A DNA stretch of 64,000 nucleotides. Origin: Malacoraja senta. Its lineage: Eukaryota. The notes beneath the pieces were generated by a model. That model was not told the origin of the DNA, searched no databases, and saw only the letters and a program-made list of their open reading frames with translations. Positions 12,715 to 25,297 of the stretch are shown piece after piece. The stretch spans positions 16,494,001 to 16,558,000 of the forward strand of contig CM075988.1 of assembly GCA_038087875.1 (NCBI GenBank), given 5' to 3'. The translations under genes and the position numbers were made by a program. The number at the start of each line of letters is the position of its first letter. Position 1 is the first letter of the stretch.

Positions 12715-15700
12715 CTAGAGCAAGAAAAGGAATGAAATAAGATATTTATTCCCATGACATTTTGGTGAATGCTTTACGAATAAACATCTAAAACATTGTT
12801 ATGTGTAATGATGATGTTCAAATTATCATAGTTTGGGCCCCAATTACTGTAAATGGCTCAACTGTAATCATGTATTGTCTCTCCGCTGACTGGTTAGCAC
12901 GCAACAGCACCATTTCACTGTACTTCTGCACACGTGACAATAAACTAAACTGAACTGAAATCCTTCTTTAATTCTTGATGGGAAACCATTTACTTCAAAT
13001 TTAAATCCTGAACCAAGAAGGTTTGAACTTTTGGGGGTCAAATTCTTAAAGTCCAGAATCATTATGCCCCAGCATCTTCAGTCCACATTCTCTATTTGGC
13101 ATAGACGGGGTAGACAGTCGGAACCTTTTTCTCTAGGATGGAAATATCAAAAACTAGAGGCATAGCTTTGAGGTGAGAGGGGTACTGTTTAAAAGAAATG
13201 TGCAGGGACCAGTTTTTTAACACAGAGGGTAGTGAATGCCTTTGAACGCGCTGCCGGGGGTGGTTTGGGTTGGTGGCGGCAGATACAACAGCGACATTTT
13301 AGAGACTTGGATAGGCACGTGGATATGCAGGATATGGAGAGATGTGGATTATGTGCAGGCAGATAAGAATTGGTAGTGACATAATGCTTGGCACAGACTT
13401 TGTGGGCCGAAAGGCCTGTTCCTGTGCTGAGCTGTTCTATGTTTTCTATTCTACTTGAACCTTTGGGCTGGGAACCATGGTGGGAATCTGAAGCCTAAAG
13501 TCTGCATCCATAGTGTTTGAAACAAAAAAAACAGACCCTTAAAGTTCGGCACTTTAAGTCTTACAGACACCTTGTCAATGTCAAGGTTGTATTTTCGGCT
13601 CTTTGGATACAATTGCGAATTTGATTAAAAAAAAACAAATTTGCTGCAATTCAGTTGCTTCGGGACTTTACAATATTTCCCCCACACATCACTTTACACA
13701 ATGCAGAGGCAGGGAAATTATGCTTTTGTTTTACGAAACACCACTCCGTCCTAAATGTACCATTGTGCCTGATTGTGGGCACTCGATTATCGGCAGTGCT
13801 GTTAAGGAGGAGAGGAGGTGATTGGGGAGATTTGCCAGAATAATTGCAGATTCAAGGTACTACGGTTAAGAAGAGAGGTAAAAAAAGTTGGATTCCTCTC
13901 CTGACCACAAGAGGTGGTTAAAGGGAGAGTGACGGTGTGTTTAAAATTACTCGGGTTTTGACAAGAAAAAGAAAAGGAAAAACCCTCTCGAAACTATCTT
14001 TCCAAGGCTCTCCCATCAGGGTGTGGGTGATGACGAGAGTGCACAGGGTTAAGAGAAGTATTATGAACCAGAATACACTACCTAAAATAGTAATGGAAAC
14101 AGACTCGATTTTAACTTTCAAAAAGAGATTGGGAATTGCTTGGAAGGGGAATATTTGCTGAGTCATCGAGTCATGGAGTGATACAGTGTGGAAACAGACC
14201 CTTCGGCCAAACTTGCCCACATCGGCCAACAATGTCCCAGCTACACTAGTCCTACTTGCCTGCGCTTGATCCATATCCCTCCAAACCTGTCCTATCCACA
14301 GGTACCTGCCTAACTGTTTCTTAAACGATGAGATAGTCCCAGCCTCAACTACCTCCTCTGGCATCTTGTTCCATACACCCACCACCCTTTGTGTGAAAAA
14401 GTTTCCCTCGGATTCCTATTAAATCTTTTCCCCTTCACCTTGAACCTATGTCCTCTGGTACTCGATTCCCCTACTCTGGGCAAGAGACTCTGTGCATCTG
14501 AGCTGTGGGGAGAAAGAGATGGGGAGTGAAGCCAATTTCTAAGCTCATTCAAAGAGCCGGCACAGGTATATTGGGCTGAATGGCCTTCCATTATATAACA
14601 ATTTATGATTCTTCTAGCTGATAAAGTTCTCATTGGCCAAGCAGTGTAATCCATCTCATGGTTTAATTTTGTAATCTAGTAAATAGAGGTACTAAAAAAA
14701 TATTCACAGGAATTGCTGGAGTTTGTTCCCCATTCCTGCCTGCCCCTGAACCGTGTGTGTTGTTGGGGCACTTGGCAGCATCAAAGAATGATCACAGTTT
14801 TGCAGTGGGCAACTGCACTGTGAGGCGGCAGCTGTGCCTCTGTGCCACACTAAACATAAACATAACTTTAAATATTTGTTATATATATATATATATATCT
14901 GTTTCTTCGCAGATGTTAGCAGGCAACTGAACCTTGCCTGTAGAGGCCACTAGTGGGAGAGTCTAGGACCAGAGGTCATAGCCTCAGAATAAAAGGACGT
15001 ATCTTTAGAAAGATAAGGAGGGATTATGGGGAGAGGGCAGCTAAATGGGGTTAGGAGGGAAAGATAGATCAGCCATGATTGAATGGTGGAGTAGACTTGA
15101 TGGGTTGAATGGCCTAATTCTGTTCCTATCACTAATGAACTTATGAACATGAATTTCTTTAGACAGAGGATGGTGAATCTGTGGAATTGATTGCCACAGA
15201 CGGTTGTTGAGACCACGTCATTGGGTATTATTTAGGCGCAGATTAATAGATTCTGCGATTAGTACGGGTGTCAGGGGTTATGGGGAGAAGGCAGGAGAAT
15301 GTGATTGAGAGGGAAAGATAGATCAGCCACGATTGAATGGCAGAGTAAACTTGATGGGCCGAATGGCCTAATTCTGCTCCTGGGACTTATGAAGACCAGT
15401 CAACCAATCTAGTCCAGACTAACTCAGTGGACAATTCAGAGTTGACAGCAGTGCTTGGGCCTGGAGTTAGTTACAAAACCAGAAAGCAGAAGATTTCTAG
15501 AATAAAATCCATGAAGCTGAACCTGAATAGCATCTTATTTTTCAAAGTTGTGATTTTGTCATCGCCAATAATACCATGTTAATAATAGCTTTTTATTTCC
15601 AGATTATTTCCAATTTCTCCAAAGCAAGTTTGGAGAAATTGAACTTGCATCTCCAGATAACTGGTTTCGTTCTCCGGTTTATTAACTTGGTAAAGTAATC

Positions 15701-15782
15701 GCAATGCCTTCATATGACCCATGTACATAAATGAGTTAGATCCACCTCCAGGTTCAATGAGGCAGTTTCCTGGCTGACTTAC

Positions 15783-15971
15783 CCCTTCCATGGGTCTTGG
15801 CTTCAATAATCTCGCTGATATGTCCCGCCCCGACACTGTTCTTGGCCGCCAGCTTCACCTTGTACCAAGTACCGCATTTGAGGTTGTCCAGTTTGAAGGA
15901 GCGCTCGCTGGGGTTGATGAAGATGTTCTTCCATTCCTCACTGTTATCTACTGAGTACTGCAGCACAAAGC
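15783..15971 (-). CDS. DSCAML1: DSCAML1 exon, C-terminal part of penultimate FN3 domain: (G)[62 protein letters not shown]
   Basis: GACAG acceptor, GTAAGT donor, 189 nt, phase 1-1; overlaps ORF 15754..15966. Confidence 0.97.
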
Positions 15972-16296
15972 CTGTCGGGGGAAGCAGGAGTGATGTCTCA
16001 TTAGCGCTGCAAATTGAATTGCCGGCTGAACTTCCCAGCGTCCATCAGCTCGCTGGCCAGTCAGATCTTGCTCAGCTTCGCAAAAATTAACCTTTTCATC
16101 AAACGAGCCTCTTTATTTACTCACGAAGGCTCAGTGTTTCGTGGGCACTGAGAGGTTATTTACAAAAATAATTATCACTTGGGTTTGCGGGCAAGTACAT
16201 AAGAAAGATAGGAAAGAAAAGGTCATTTGGCTCTTTGTACCATTGCTGCCATTCAATAAGATCTAGGCCGATCCTCTACCACAGTACCACTTCCAG

Positions 16297-16612
16297 CTCA
16301 GTCCATTACACAGACCAGACTCCCGACCGTCGACTCCATCTACACTTCACGCTGCCTTGGGAAAGCAGCCAACATAATCAACGTTATGTGCCACCCCGGT
16401 CATTCCTTCTTAGAGTGATACAGCGTGGAAACAGGCCCTTCGGCCCAGCGTGCACACACCGGCCAACATGTCCCAGCTGCCCGCCGCCGGCCCATATCTC
16501 TCCAAACCTGTCCTATCCACGTACCTGTCTAAACCTGTCTTCTCCATGCTCCCATCAGGCAGGAGGTACAGAAGCTTGAAAGCACGCACCCCCAGACTCA
16601 GGAACAACTCCC
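16297..16612 (+). mobile_element. Rex1/Babar-like LINE 3' fragment split by a CR1/SINE tail (16411-16535); related copy at about 50545-50795
   Basis: SIYTSRCLGKAANII and LPSGRRYRSLKART.RLRN motifs. Confidence 0.7.
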
Positions 16613-17629
16613 CCCCTCCAACCCCCTCCCCCCCTCCATAAATTTAGGGTACTGTCCTTTAGGGTACTCTACCTCATTGCTGACATTGCACTTTGTCTAC
16701 GGAACTGTTGCACTCTAATGAAGACACCTATATCCGTACTCTGTATCTATTGCTTGTACTTTTGCTCTTCAATTCGTCTTGAATAAGTCATAAAAAATGA
16801 GACGTGGCTGGATTTTTAAAATGAATGCATACTGCCTCTATATGATACTGTTCAACAGACTGCCTTGAGCATTTTTAATTATAGAAACACTGTATCTGCC
16901 AAAGCATTTGGCAAACATTCATCTCTCAACCAACCTTACCACAAAACATTCTCATTCCAGACATATGGGTGATACATTGATTGTAGAGTGGGCCCCTGTA
17001 ATAATCGGCACTGCATTGTGCTTGCAAGTTGTTTTATCTATTCCATGTTACAGGCACACTTCACAATTCTTTGCCTGACCATTTATTTCTTTTTACCGCA
17101 AGACCTTTTGGACAATCCGTGACAGTGGTGCAGCAGGTAGAGCTGCTGCCTCATTGCTCTAGACACCTGTGTTTGATTCCAACCTCCGGTCCCGTCTTTT
17201 AGTTTAGTTTAGTTTAGAGATACAGCGGGGAAACAGGCCCTTCGGCCCACCGGGTCCGCGCCGACCAGCGATCCCCGCATAATTACACCATCCAACACAC
17301 ACCAGGGGCAATTTTTACATTTACCAAGCCAATTAACCTACAAACCTGTACGTCCATGTGGACTCTGCACATTCTCTCTGTGACGATGTGGGTTTCCTCC
17401 AGCTGTTCCAAATGTATGGGCTGCGAGGTGAATTGGTCACTGTAAATTGCTCCTAGTATGTGGGGAAGTGGTGGAATCTGGAGGGAGTTGATGGGCCTGT
17501 TTCCATGTTGTATCTGTGTGACTCTATTGTCCTCTCCGGTTACTGGCTAGTTCCACCCTAAAAGTGTAACTCCAGCATGTTTGGCACCTTCAAGAGAAGA
17601 GGCAAGGGATAGGAGTGGGAATGTGGTCA

Positions 17630-17985
17630 TTAGTTTAGTTTAAATTAGAGATACAGCGCGGAAACAGGCTCTTCGACCCACCGAGTCCGCGCCGACCAGT
17701 GATCACTGCACACTTCTTCTTCTTCTTGCGTTTGAGGCAGCAGAAGTTATGTACCGCTCACACGATCCTACACGATCTAGGGACAATTTACAATTTTACC
17801 AATCCAATGAACCTGCAGACCTGTATGTCTTTGGAGTGTGGGATGACAACAGAGCTCCCAGAGATACCATGCAGGTCACGGGGAGAATGTACAAAATCCA
17901 CACTGACAGCACCTGTGGTCAGGATCGAACCTGGGTCCCTGCTCCTGTCAGGCAGCAACTCTACCGCTGCGCCACCGTGCCACCC
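17630..17985 (-). mobile_element. HE1-like V-SINE; further minus-strand copies at about 17197-17353, 19084-19358, 22095-22401, 31527-31716, 32137-32433, 39850-40161, 40422-40618, 46240-46490, 49890-50186
   Basis: Reverse complement of the same consensus: TTTAGAGATACAGCG...GGATCGAACC...CCGCTGCGCCACCGTGCC. Confidence 0.85.
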
Positions 17986-18758
17986 TTAAATTTCTCTCCA
18001 CACTGTTACTCTCAACAGTGGCAAAAGGAGCAGAACAAGTCCTGGCATTGTGAGCAGGGAGAGACGAGACTGATGGGAGTGGCGACTAATGGAGAGTGGA
18101 AGACGGCTACGAAACGGAGTCTGACAATGAATCCAGGACCACAGGTATTTGTGAGGTTGCTCAATCCTGCAGCATCCAGTCCGGAATTAGCACCAATATA
18201 AATGTACACAAACAATGCGATGACTTTGCTCGTCACAATGATCAGATAAACAAGCAGCTTGTTCACATCACATCATAATTACAGATACACATATAATACA
18301 GTATTAAGAAGTCAAGGAAACATTGATGTGTAATATTTCTGGAACGGGGGAGGTGGTAATTCACTAATAATTACATGATGTGCCTTGACAGATGGATGAA
18401 ATGCTGCTTGGGTTGTGAGGCGCTGCTGAGATGTGCTACAGGGGGCGCTGTTTGGCATCTTTTGACGTTCGCTGCTCTGTGGCCTGATGTATCTTGACTA
18501 CCAACATGCTGGGTTTTGCCTTCTTCAGAGCAGAGGATTTCGACATGGTGTCTCAGCAGATGTTCGCAGAGACACCGTGAAGTCAGCGGACTTTGACACA
18601 CCGGGCTTTCGCAGAGCACAGCGGGCCCTCAATCCTCTGATAAGGCAGTGAGCACAATATGCAGCTCCCACTTTCAACGAGGCAACCACAGAACATCGCG
18701 GAGACCAGTGGGCAGAGGAGAGAAGAATCACCAAGAAATCCAGTCAGCCTTTCCACTG

Positions 18759-18991
18759 GTAGACACAAAATGCTGGAGTATCTCAGCGGGACAGGCAGCA
18801 TCTCTGGAGAGAAGGAATGGGTGACGTTTCGGGTCGAGACCCTTCTTCAGACTGGTCAATCAGTCTGAAGCATGGTCTTGAACCGATATGTCACCCTTTC
18901 CTTCTCTCCAGAGATGCTGCCTGTCCCGCTGTGTTACTCTAGCATTTTGTGTCCACCTTCGATTTAAACCAGCATCTGCGGTTCATTCCTA
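18759..18991. mobile_element. Fold-back Penelope-derived element; similar older hairpins at about 4822-5040, 23972-24215, 31903-32117, 41738-41995, 55105-55316
   Basis: GACACAAAATGCTGGAGTA...CAGCATCTCTGGAGA followed by its reverse complement; CAGCCTTTCC duplicated at 18745-18754 and 18992-19001. Confidence 0.85.
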
Positions 18992-20499
18992 CAGCCTTTC
19001 CGTTGACTGGATATGGAAAGCACGCAACAAAAATCTTTTCACCGGACCTCGGTACACGTGACAATAAACTATACTACATGAAATGTTTAGAGATACAGCA
19101 TGGGATCAGACTCTTCGGCCCACCATGTCCACGCACCCGTGCACACTAGTTCTATGTTATCCCACTTTCTCATCCACTCCCTACACACCAGGGGCAATTT
19201 TTATTTAGGCCAATTCACCTACAAACCCACATGTCTTTGAGATGTAAGAGGAACTCGGACCACCCAGAAGAAACCCACTCAGCCACAGGGCAAAATGCAC
19301 AAACTCCACACAGACAGCACCTGAAGTCAGGATCGAACCCAGGTCCCTGGCACTGTGCCGCAGTTGGGAAAACTAAACTCACTTTTCCCGCAGTGTGGTG
19401 AAAATGTGGTCACTCTGACAGGCGAATAATTTAGGGCGGCACAGTGGCACAGTTGGTAGAGCTGCTACCTCACAGTACAACCCTGACCTCAGGCGCTGTC
19501 TCTGTGGAGCTTGCACGTTCTCCCTGTGAATGTGCGTTTCCTCCGGATGCTCTAGGTTCCGCCCACATCCCAAAGACGTGCTGATTTGTAGGTTAATTGG
19601 CCTCTGTAAATTGCCTCTCGTGTGTAGAGTGTGGTTTTGCCACTATAGTACAGACCTGGTGTGAACAGGTGGGTCGAAGGGCCTGTTTCCATGCTGTATC
19701 TCTAAAACTCAAAAGACTAAATTTAAGAGGAGTAGGAAGGAACTGCAGGCGCTGAAGAACTGCAGATTAGGTGACGTTTTGGATCAAGACCCCTGAGACC
19801 TTTCAGTCTGAAGAAGGATCTCAACACGAAACGTCACCTATTCCTTTTTTCCAGAGACACTGCCTGACCTGCTGAGTTACTCCAGCAATTTATGTCTAAA
19901 TCTAAGAGGAGACTGGAGAAACGTAGAGAGGGGGGGGGGGGGTTATGCTGATGGACAGAGGAATGATGGACGAAGGAATAAATGGAGCACCAAACACAGC
20001 ATGGACATGTCGGGCCGAACGATCTCCTTCTGCTTTGTGCACACCAGGGTGTTCTAGGTCAGAAGGAAAGGAGGAGGTGGGAAGGAAGAAAATAAAGGCA
20101 GACAAAACAGAGAGGAAGGAAGGAAGAACATGTCCAGGAGGGTCCATTTAGAGAAGGGACAGAGTCAGGGTAGATTTTAAAGGAGCTGAACGGACCCATA
20201 TTAGCTGCTGGTCGAGTGATCAATGAAATGAGCAGTCTGAGCTAAGGTTCACTTGCAAGTTGCCACAGGGCACACTGTTACAAATAGGTTTGCAACCCAG
20301 CAAGTCTCCAGAGACCAGAAATGAGGCGGCAGACTGAAAAAAAGAGGTCGATGTCCCTCAAAGAGTTAACGTCACAGATGCCACCAATCACTTCAGAAGC
20401 AGTTACTCTGGCTGTGCAGTGGGAAGAAAAACAATTTTTGTCGTGGTCTGTTTGGTTATTTTGAACGTAATGGGACTGGAAATTGCATTCCATTTGACC

Positions 20500-20935
20500 A
20501 CACAGAGCGTGTGCTCACAGTGTGATTGGGGGCAGGGCGTTCACAGCGTGTCGTAAACATTTGTGCACCGCTCTCGATGATTGCGATCTCCCTGGCGTGG
20601 ATCAGATAGTGGGGGAGAGGTGAAGATGGAGGGGAGGGAGATGACATTTCAAATAACGCACACACAACAGAGATCTCCAAACCGCAATTGTGATTGTGCC
20701 TGAGATCAGGCCCTCCAATATTGGTCGGCCTTCAACAACACTCCGCTCACGTGCATCAGCCACGCACACACGTACACGCGCACAATCTTCCCCCCATCTC
20801 AGGCAGCTGATATTTGCATTGGAAATGGTCCATTCTCCAAAGGCAGGCCTCGGGGATTGACTGCAGCCGCACAGGCTGTTGCTATGACAGCTGAGAGTAG
20901 GACCGGAGGATGATCGAGGTCCTGATTAAACCCTG
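20500..20935. promoter_or_regulatory. Candidate intronic enhancer
   Basis: No recognisable repeat, CpG retained; CACGTG 20748, CAGCTG 20804 and 20888, octamer ATTTGCAT 20812-20819, RFX X-box-like GTTGCTATGACAGC 20878-20891. Confidence 0.4.
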
Positions 20936-21084
20936 CCCCAGTACGATGGGACTTATTTGGATGAACCTATAAACGGATCGGACCCACCCGTGAAAATTCA
21001 CGGCGGCCTGTCTTCAGCTGAAGCCACCCCAGGCCAATCGGCACAAAACAGGCCACCAAGAGCGGCAGCAGAAGCATCCTGTTA

Positions 21085-21300
21085 CTGGCCTAATAATCTG
21101 CAGGCTCGGACTAATGATCCAGAGACACAAGTTCAAATCCCTACAGGCAGCTGGGGAATTTAAAATTCAGCTAATTAAATATATCTGGAGTAACATAGAA
21201 CAATGTCGGTGAGGCCACGGCACTGTTGTACAAACACATTTGAAATTTAAGGAATGAAGTTTGCCATTGCTACCTGATCTGACCTATATTGACCCAGGAC
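21085..21300 (+). mobile_element. Older, distinct SINE-like family; related copies at about 11255-11430 (minus) and 40945-41170 (plus)
   Basis: B-box-like AGTTCAAATCCC followed by GGGAATTT.AATTCAG.TAATTAAAT shared among diverged copies. Confidence 0.55.
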
Positions 21301-21361
21301 CCAGGACCCAGATAGACACAATGTGCTGGAGTAACTCAGCAGGTCAGGCAGCATCTCTACA

Positions 21362-21596
21362 TGTTGTCTGTTTGGCGGTCTAAAGAACGACAACTGGGGT
21401 TCCAACAGATCATTATTCGAAAGTTCAATTTCCCGAATACAGGTTCTTCAGACACGTCTGCCCACAACGGTGGTCAGCGCTGAACTAACGCGCGCAAGTA
21501 AAAACGGCGCGAAAACAACGGCCCCTCCCGAGTCACGTGACCGCGGCTTCCGAACGCCGGGTTCGATCTCTGCGTACGCCAGCAGGCGGCGCTACA
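21362..21596 (-). mobile_element. Candidate solo LTR, CpG-rich, 235 bp
   Basis: TG...CA termini (TGTAGCG...GACAACA on minus), abrupt compositional boundaries, truncates a Penelope-derived module; no clean TSD. Confidence 0.45.
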
Positions 21597-22017
21597 TCTG
21601 TGTCATTACAGCTGTTCCACTCTTTTAAACCTCTATCTGTACACCGTGGACGGCTCGATTGTAATCAGGTATCGTCTTTCCGCTGACTGGATAGCATGCA
21701 ACAAAAAGTTTCTCACGGCACCTTGGTACACGTGACAATCAACTAAACTGAACTAATGTAAACTAAAATACTACAATGAATGTGTCTCCTTGTCTCCTTT
21801 CTATATCCTTTTGTCCCCTTTTGTCACCCTTCTCATCTGTATCCACCTACCACTTGCCAGTCTTTGTCCTGCCCCAACCTCATTTTCACAATGTCATCTA
21901 TCCATGCCCTCCAGAATGCTGCCTGACCCGCTGGGATATTGCAGTATTTTATGTTCTACGCGAGGCTTCAGCATCTGCAGTTCCTCGTGTCTCCCTGCAA
22001 TGTAACCTGCTACCTAC

Positions 22018-22735
22018 GGCCCAAATTGGAGGAACAGCACCTCATATTTCGCTTGGGTAGCTTACACCCCAGCGGTATGAACATTGACTTTGATTTTAGT
22101 TTTAGAGATACAGCGCGGAAACAGGCCCTTCGGCCCACCGGGTCCGTGCCGACCAGCCATCCCCACACTTTAACACTATCCTACACACACTAGGGACAAC
22201 TTGCATTTATACCAAAGCCAATTAACCTACAAACCTGTATGTCTTTGGAGTGTGGGAGGAAACCGAAGATCTCGGTCTCAGAGGAAACCACGCGGTCACG
22301 GGGAGAATGTACAAACTCTGTACAGACAGTACCATTGGTCGGGTCTCACGGGTCTCTGGTGCTGCAAGCGCTGTAAGGCAGCAACTCTACCGCTGTGCCA
22401 CTGGTGCTGCCCTGTGCTATTTCTCTAACTTCAAGTAACACTTGCTTTCCCTCTCTCCCCATCCCCGCATCCTAGTTCTCCGACCAGTCTGACTGACCCC
22501 CTGATTAAATGTAATCTCTCTATTCTACATTTTCCTTGATCTCATCCCCTTCGATGTCCCATTTTGCCATCTTATCCCTGTGTTTCCCTCCACCCCGACT
22601 CTCAGTCTGAAGAAGGGTCTCGACCCGAAACGTCACCTGTTCCTTCTCTCCAGAGGTGCTGCCTGTCCCGCTGAGCTACTCCAGCATTTCGTGGCTATCT
22701 CTCGTGCAAACCCGCATTTGCGGTTCCTTCCTACA
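22018..22735 (+). mobile_element. Penelope-like element 3' fragment interrupted by a SINE (22095-22401)
   Basis: KLEEQHLIFRLGSLHPSGMNIDF is homologous to the endonuclease C-terminus at 30700-30775; resumes at about 22420 and ends in the common 3' module. Confidence 0.85.
22607..22634 (+). ncRNA. Hammerhead-like motif CUGAAGA-A-GGGUC-UC-GACCC-GAAA-CG-UC; identical minus-strand copies at 18823-18850, 42710-42737, 57978-58005
   Basis: Intact core boxes and perfect 5-bp stem II with a GUC triplet, in the 3' UTR of a Penelope-like fragment. Confidence 0.55.
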
Positions 22736-23717
22736 CCCTCAAGGCCAATTCCCTCAACAGGGAAGAGCAGGGGCATTTCCTTTGTGCATAGGTCCAGCCA
22801 GACACAACACGGTCACATTCAGAAAAATTACCGTTCGAGTACACCATTCCTTTTGGAGGCATTCTCGCGCAAGGGCTGCTTTCGGTTCCATTCACATTGC
22901 CCATTCATTTGACGATGCTGCAAATGCAAATCAGCAAGAACAGCGAGCGCAAGCTAAATAGGGAATGACAGGGGTTGGGAATCTTTAGAAGGTTCAAAGG
23001 ACGATTAACTCAGTGGTTCATCCGAACGTTATTTTTTTATTTACACTGCACGTGAAGGCTAAATACAACACCTCCGTGTAAATAAACGATCACAAAGAAC
23101 AGAGAATGCTGGAAGCACTCCGCAGGTCTGTCCTCCCCCAGAGAAAGAGAAACTACTGCTTAATACTCTGGATGGAGATTCAATATGTAATCATGACCAT
23201 CTTTATTTGTATGACGTTTCGGGTCGAGAGCCCGCTTGAGTCTGAAGAAGGGTCTCGACCCAAAACCTCACCCGTTCCTTCTCTCCAGAGATGCTGCCTG
23301 TCCCGCTGAGTTACTCCAGCATTTTGTGTCTGTCTTCGGTTTAAACCAGCATCTGCAGTTCCTTCCTATACATCTTTGTTTGTGTAGTACCGTTAATGTC
23401 TTCTTCATTGAGGGGCTGAGTCCAGTGATACTCCTCTCACATAGGGGAAGGGATATCATCCCAGCGGGCCCCATAAGTGGCAAGGGTGTTTTGTTTAAAG
23501 ATAGGCGTAAACACTACTGAGTAAGACACGACCGGGTGTATAGAAAACACATGAAGAGTTTTTGCACAGATTTCATTTGTACATATTTAATGTTCTGAAT
23601 AAAGTTTATTTTTAAAATTTTAAAAATGTCCCCCGATGCTTTATAAAAAGCATTGTTGAGTATAAGCTGCAGCCAAATGAATTATTAGGATAGATAACCA
23701 GCTTAATCAATGTTTTT

Positions 23718-23905
23718 GGGAGAGAGAGGGAGGGGAGAGAGAGGTAAAGGGAGTGGGAGAGAGAGAGGGGAAGAGAGAGGGGGAGAGAAGGGAAGAGAGA
23801 GGGGGAGGGAGGCGGAGAGAGGGGGAGGGAGGGAGAGGGGGAGGGAGAGGGAGGGAGAGGGAAGGAGGAAGGGACAGGGAGGGAGGGAGGGAGGGAGGGA
23901 GAGAA
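23718..23905. repeat. Polypurine GA-rich low-complexity tract
   Basis: About 190 nt of almost only G and A with many GGG runs. Confidence 0.95.
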
Positions 23906-24529
23906 TGTAGGCTTTGTATTGTTCTTTTCACTTTGGTGCAAGATACTCCTTGAAATAACTCTTAAAATTTAGAGACACAAGGAACTGTGGAGCAAAACAC
24001 AAAGTGCTGGAGGAACTCTGCAGGTGAGGCAGCATCGATGGAGGAAATGGCAGATGATGTTTCAGTTCATCTTCAGACTCTTAAAATGTGTCTTTCCTGT
24101 TGCCTGGGTCGTGACCTGAAACAGCACCTATCCAATAGATGCTGCCTCCCTGCTGAGTTTCTCCAGCACTTTGTATATATTTTCTTGTAAACTGGCATCT
24201 GCAATGCCTTGTGTCAACAATATCTCCATCTTCAGCTTAGCAGAAAACATTGATAATTAATATGAAGCACCTTCAGACTTTCAACTACAATAATGATTCT
24301 GGTAATGCTTGCTATATATTGCTCAAATTTCAGAGAGGATTTAGACCTATCTGATGACAATAAATTCCCTATTCCACATTAGGTTAGTAAGGGTGATTTG
24401 ATTAGTACGAGTGTCAAGGGTTATGGGATGAAGGAGGGGGAATGGGGTTGAGTGGGAAAGATAGATCAGCCATGATTGAATGGCGGAGTAGACTTGATGG
24501 GCCGAATGGTCTTATTCATAACTTCATAA

Positions 24530-24800
24530 GCTCAGGAGTGATAGGAGCAGAATTAGGCGATTCAACCCATCAAGTCTACACCGCCATTCAATCATGGCTG
24601 ATCTATCTATCCCTCTTAACCCCATTCCCCTGCCTTCTCTCCATAACCCCTGACACCTGTATTAATCAAGAATCTCTCTATCTCTGCCTTAAAACTACCC
24701 ATTCACAGCCTCCACAGCCTTCTGTGGCAATGTATTCCACAGATTCACCACCCTCTGACTACAGAAATTCCTCCACATCTACTTCCTAACATCCTTTAAT
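24530..24800 (-). mobile_element. CR1 3' fragment split by the DIRS element; continues at 29609-29686
   Basis: Joined flanks give CCTTTAATTCTGAG...GACCTCTGGTCCTAGACTCTCCCAC, matching the reverse complement of the uninterrupted copy at 14952-15000. Confidence 0.88.
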
Positions 24801-25297
24801 AGGAAGATTAAACGAGAACTTACCAGTTTGAAGTTTGATCTTTATTTTATGAGTTACGTTGAGGGATTACGTGAAGAGCCCGCCAGGGCGCATGCGCGAC
24901 ATATCTTCAAAAGCAGTGGTGTGAAATCACAGATACGGTAGTCGAATTAACATAGTAAGATAAGAACTTGAATACCAGCTGACCTTTATAATAGAGGGTG
25001 GGCACGGAGGGCATGTAATCCCTCAACGTAACTCCTCATAAAATAAAGATCAAACTTCAAATTGGTAAGTTCTCGTTTAATCTTACTATTTTACTTCGGA
25101 GTCACGTGAGTGACTTAGTGAAGATTTTAAAGCTCTGTGATTTCATGCCACGGAACGAGTCCATGCTTCACACCCTGCTGTCGTAGACTGAGGAGGAAGT
25201 ATGTTAACAAATCCAGACATGAATCAATTGTTAAAAAGAAACAATAAGTGATCTATTAACATAAATTATAATAATGACCCCTGTCCTTCGGGGCGTA

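Noticed and set aside
18434..18450. CTCF sites (ACAGGGGGCGCTG here; CCACCAGGTGGCA near 50470)
   Set aside because: Isolated motif matches are expected by chance in 64 kb and cannot be supported without ChIP data.
23612..23953. Pro/Ser- or Arg/Gly/Glu-rich ORFs
   Set aside because: Translations of the polypurine tract.
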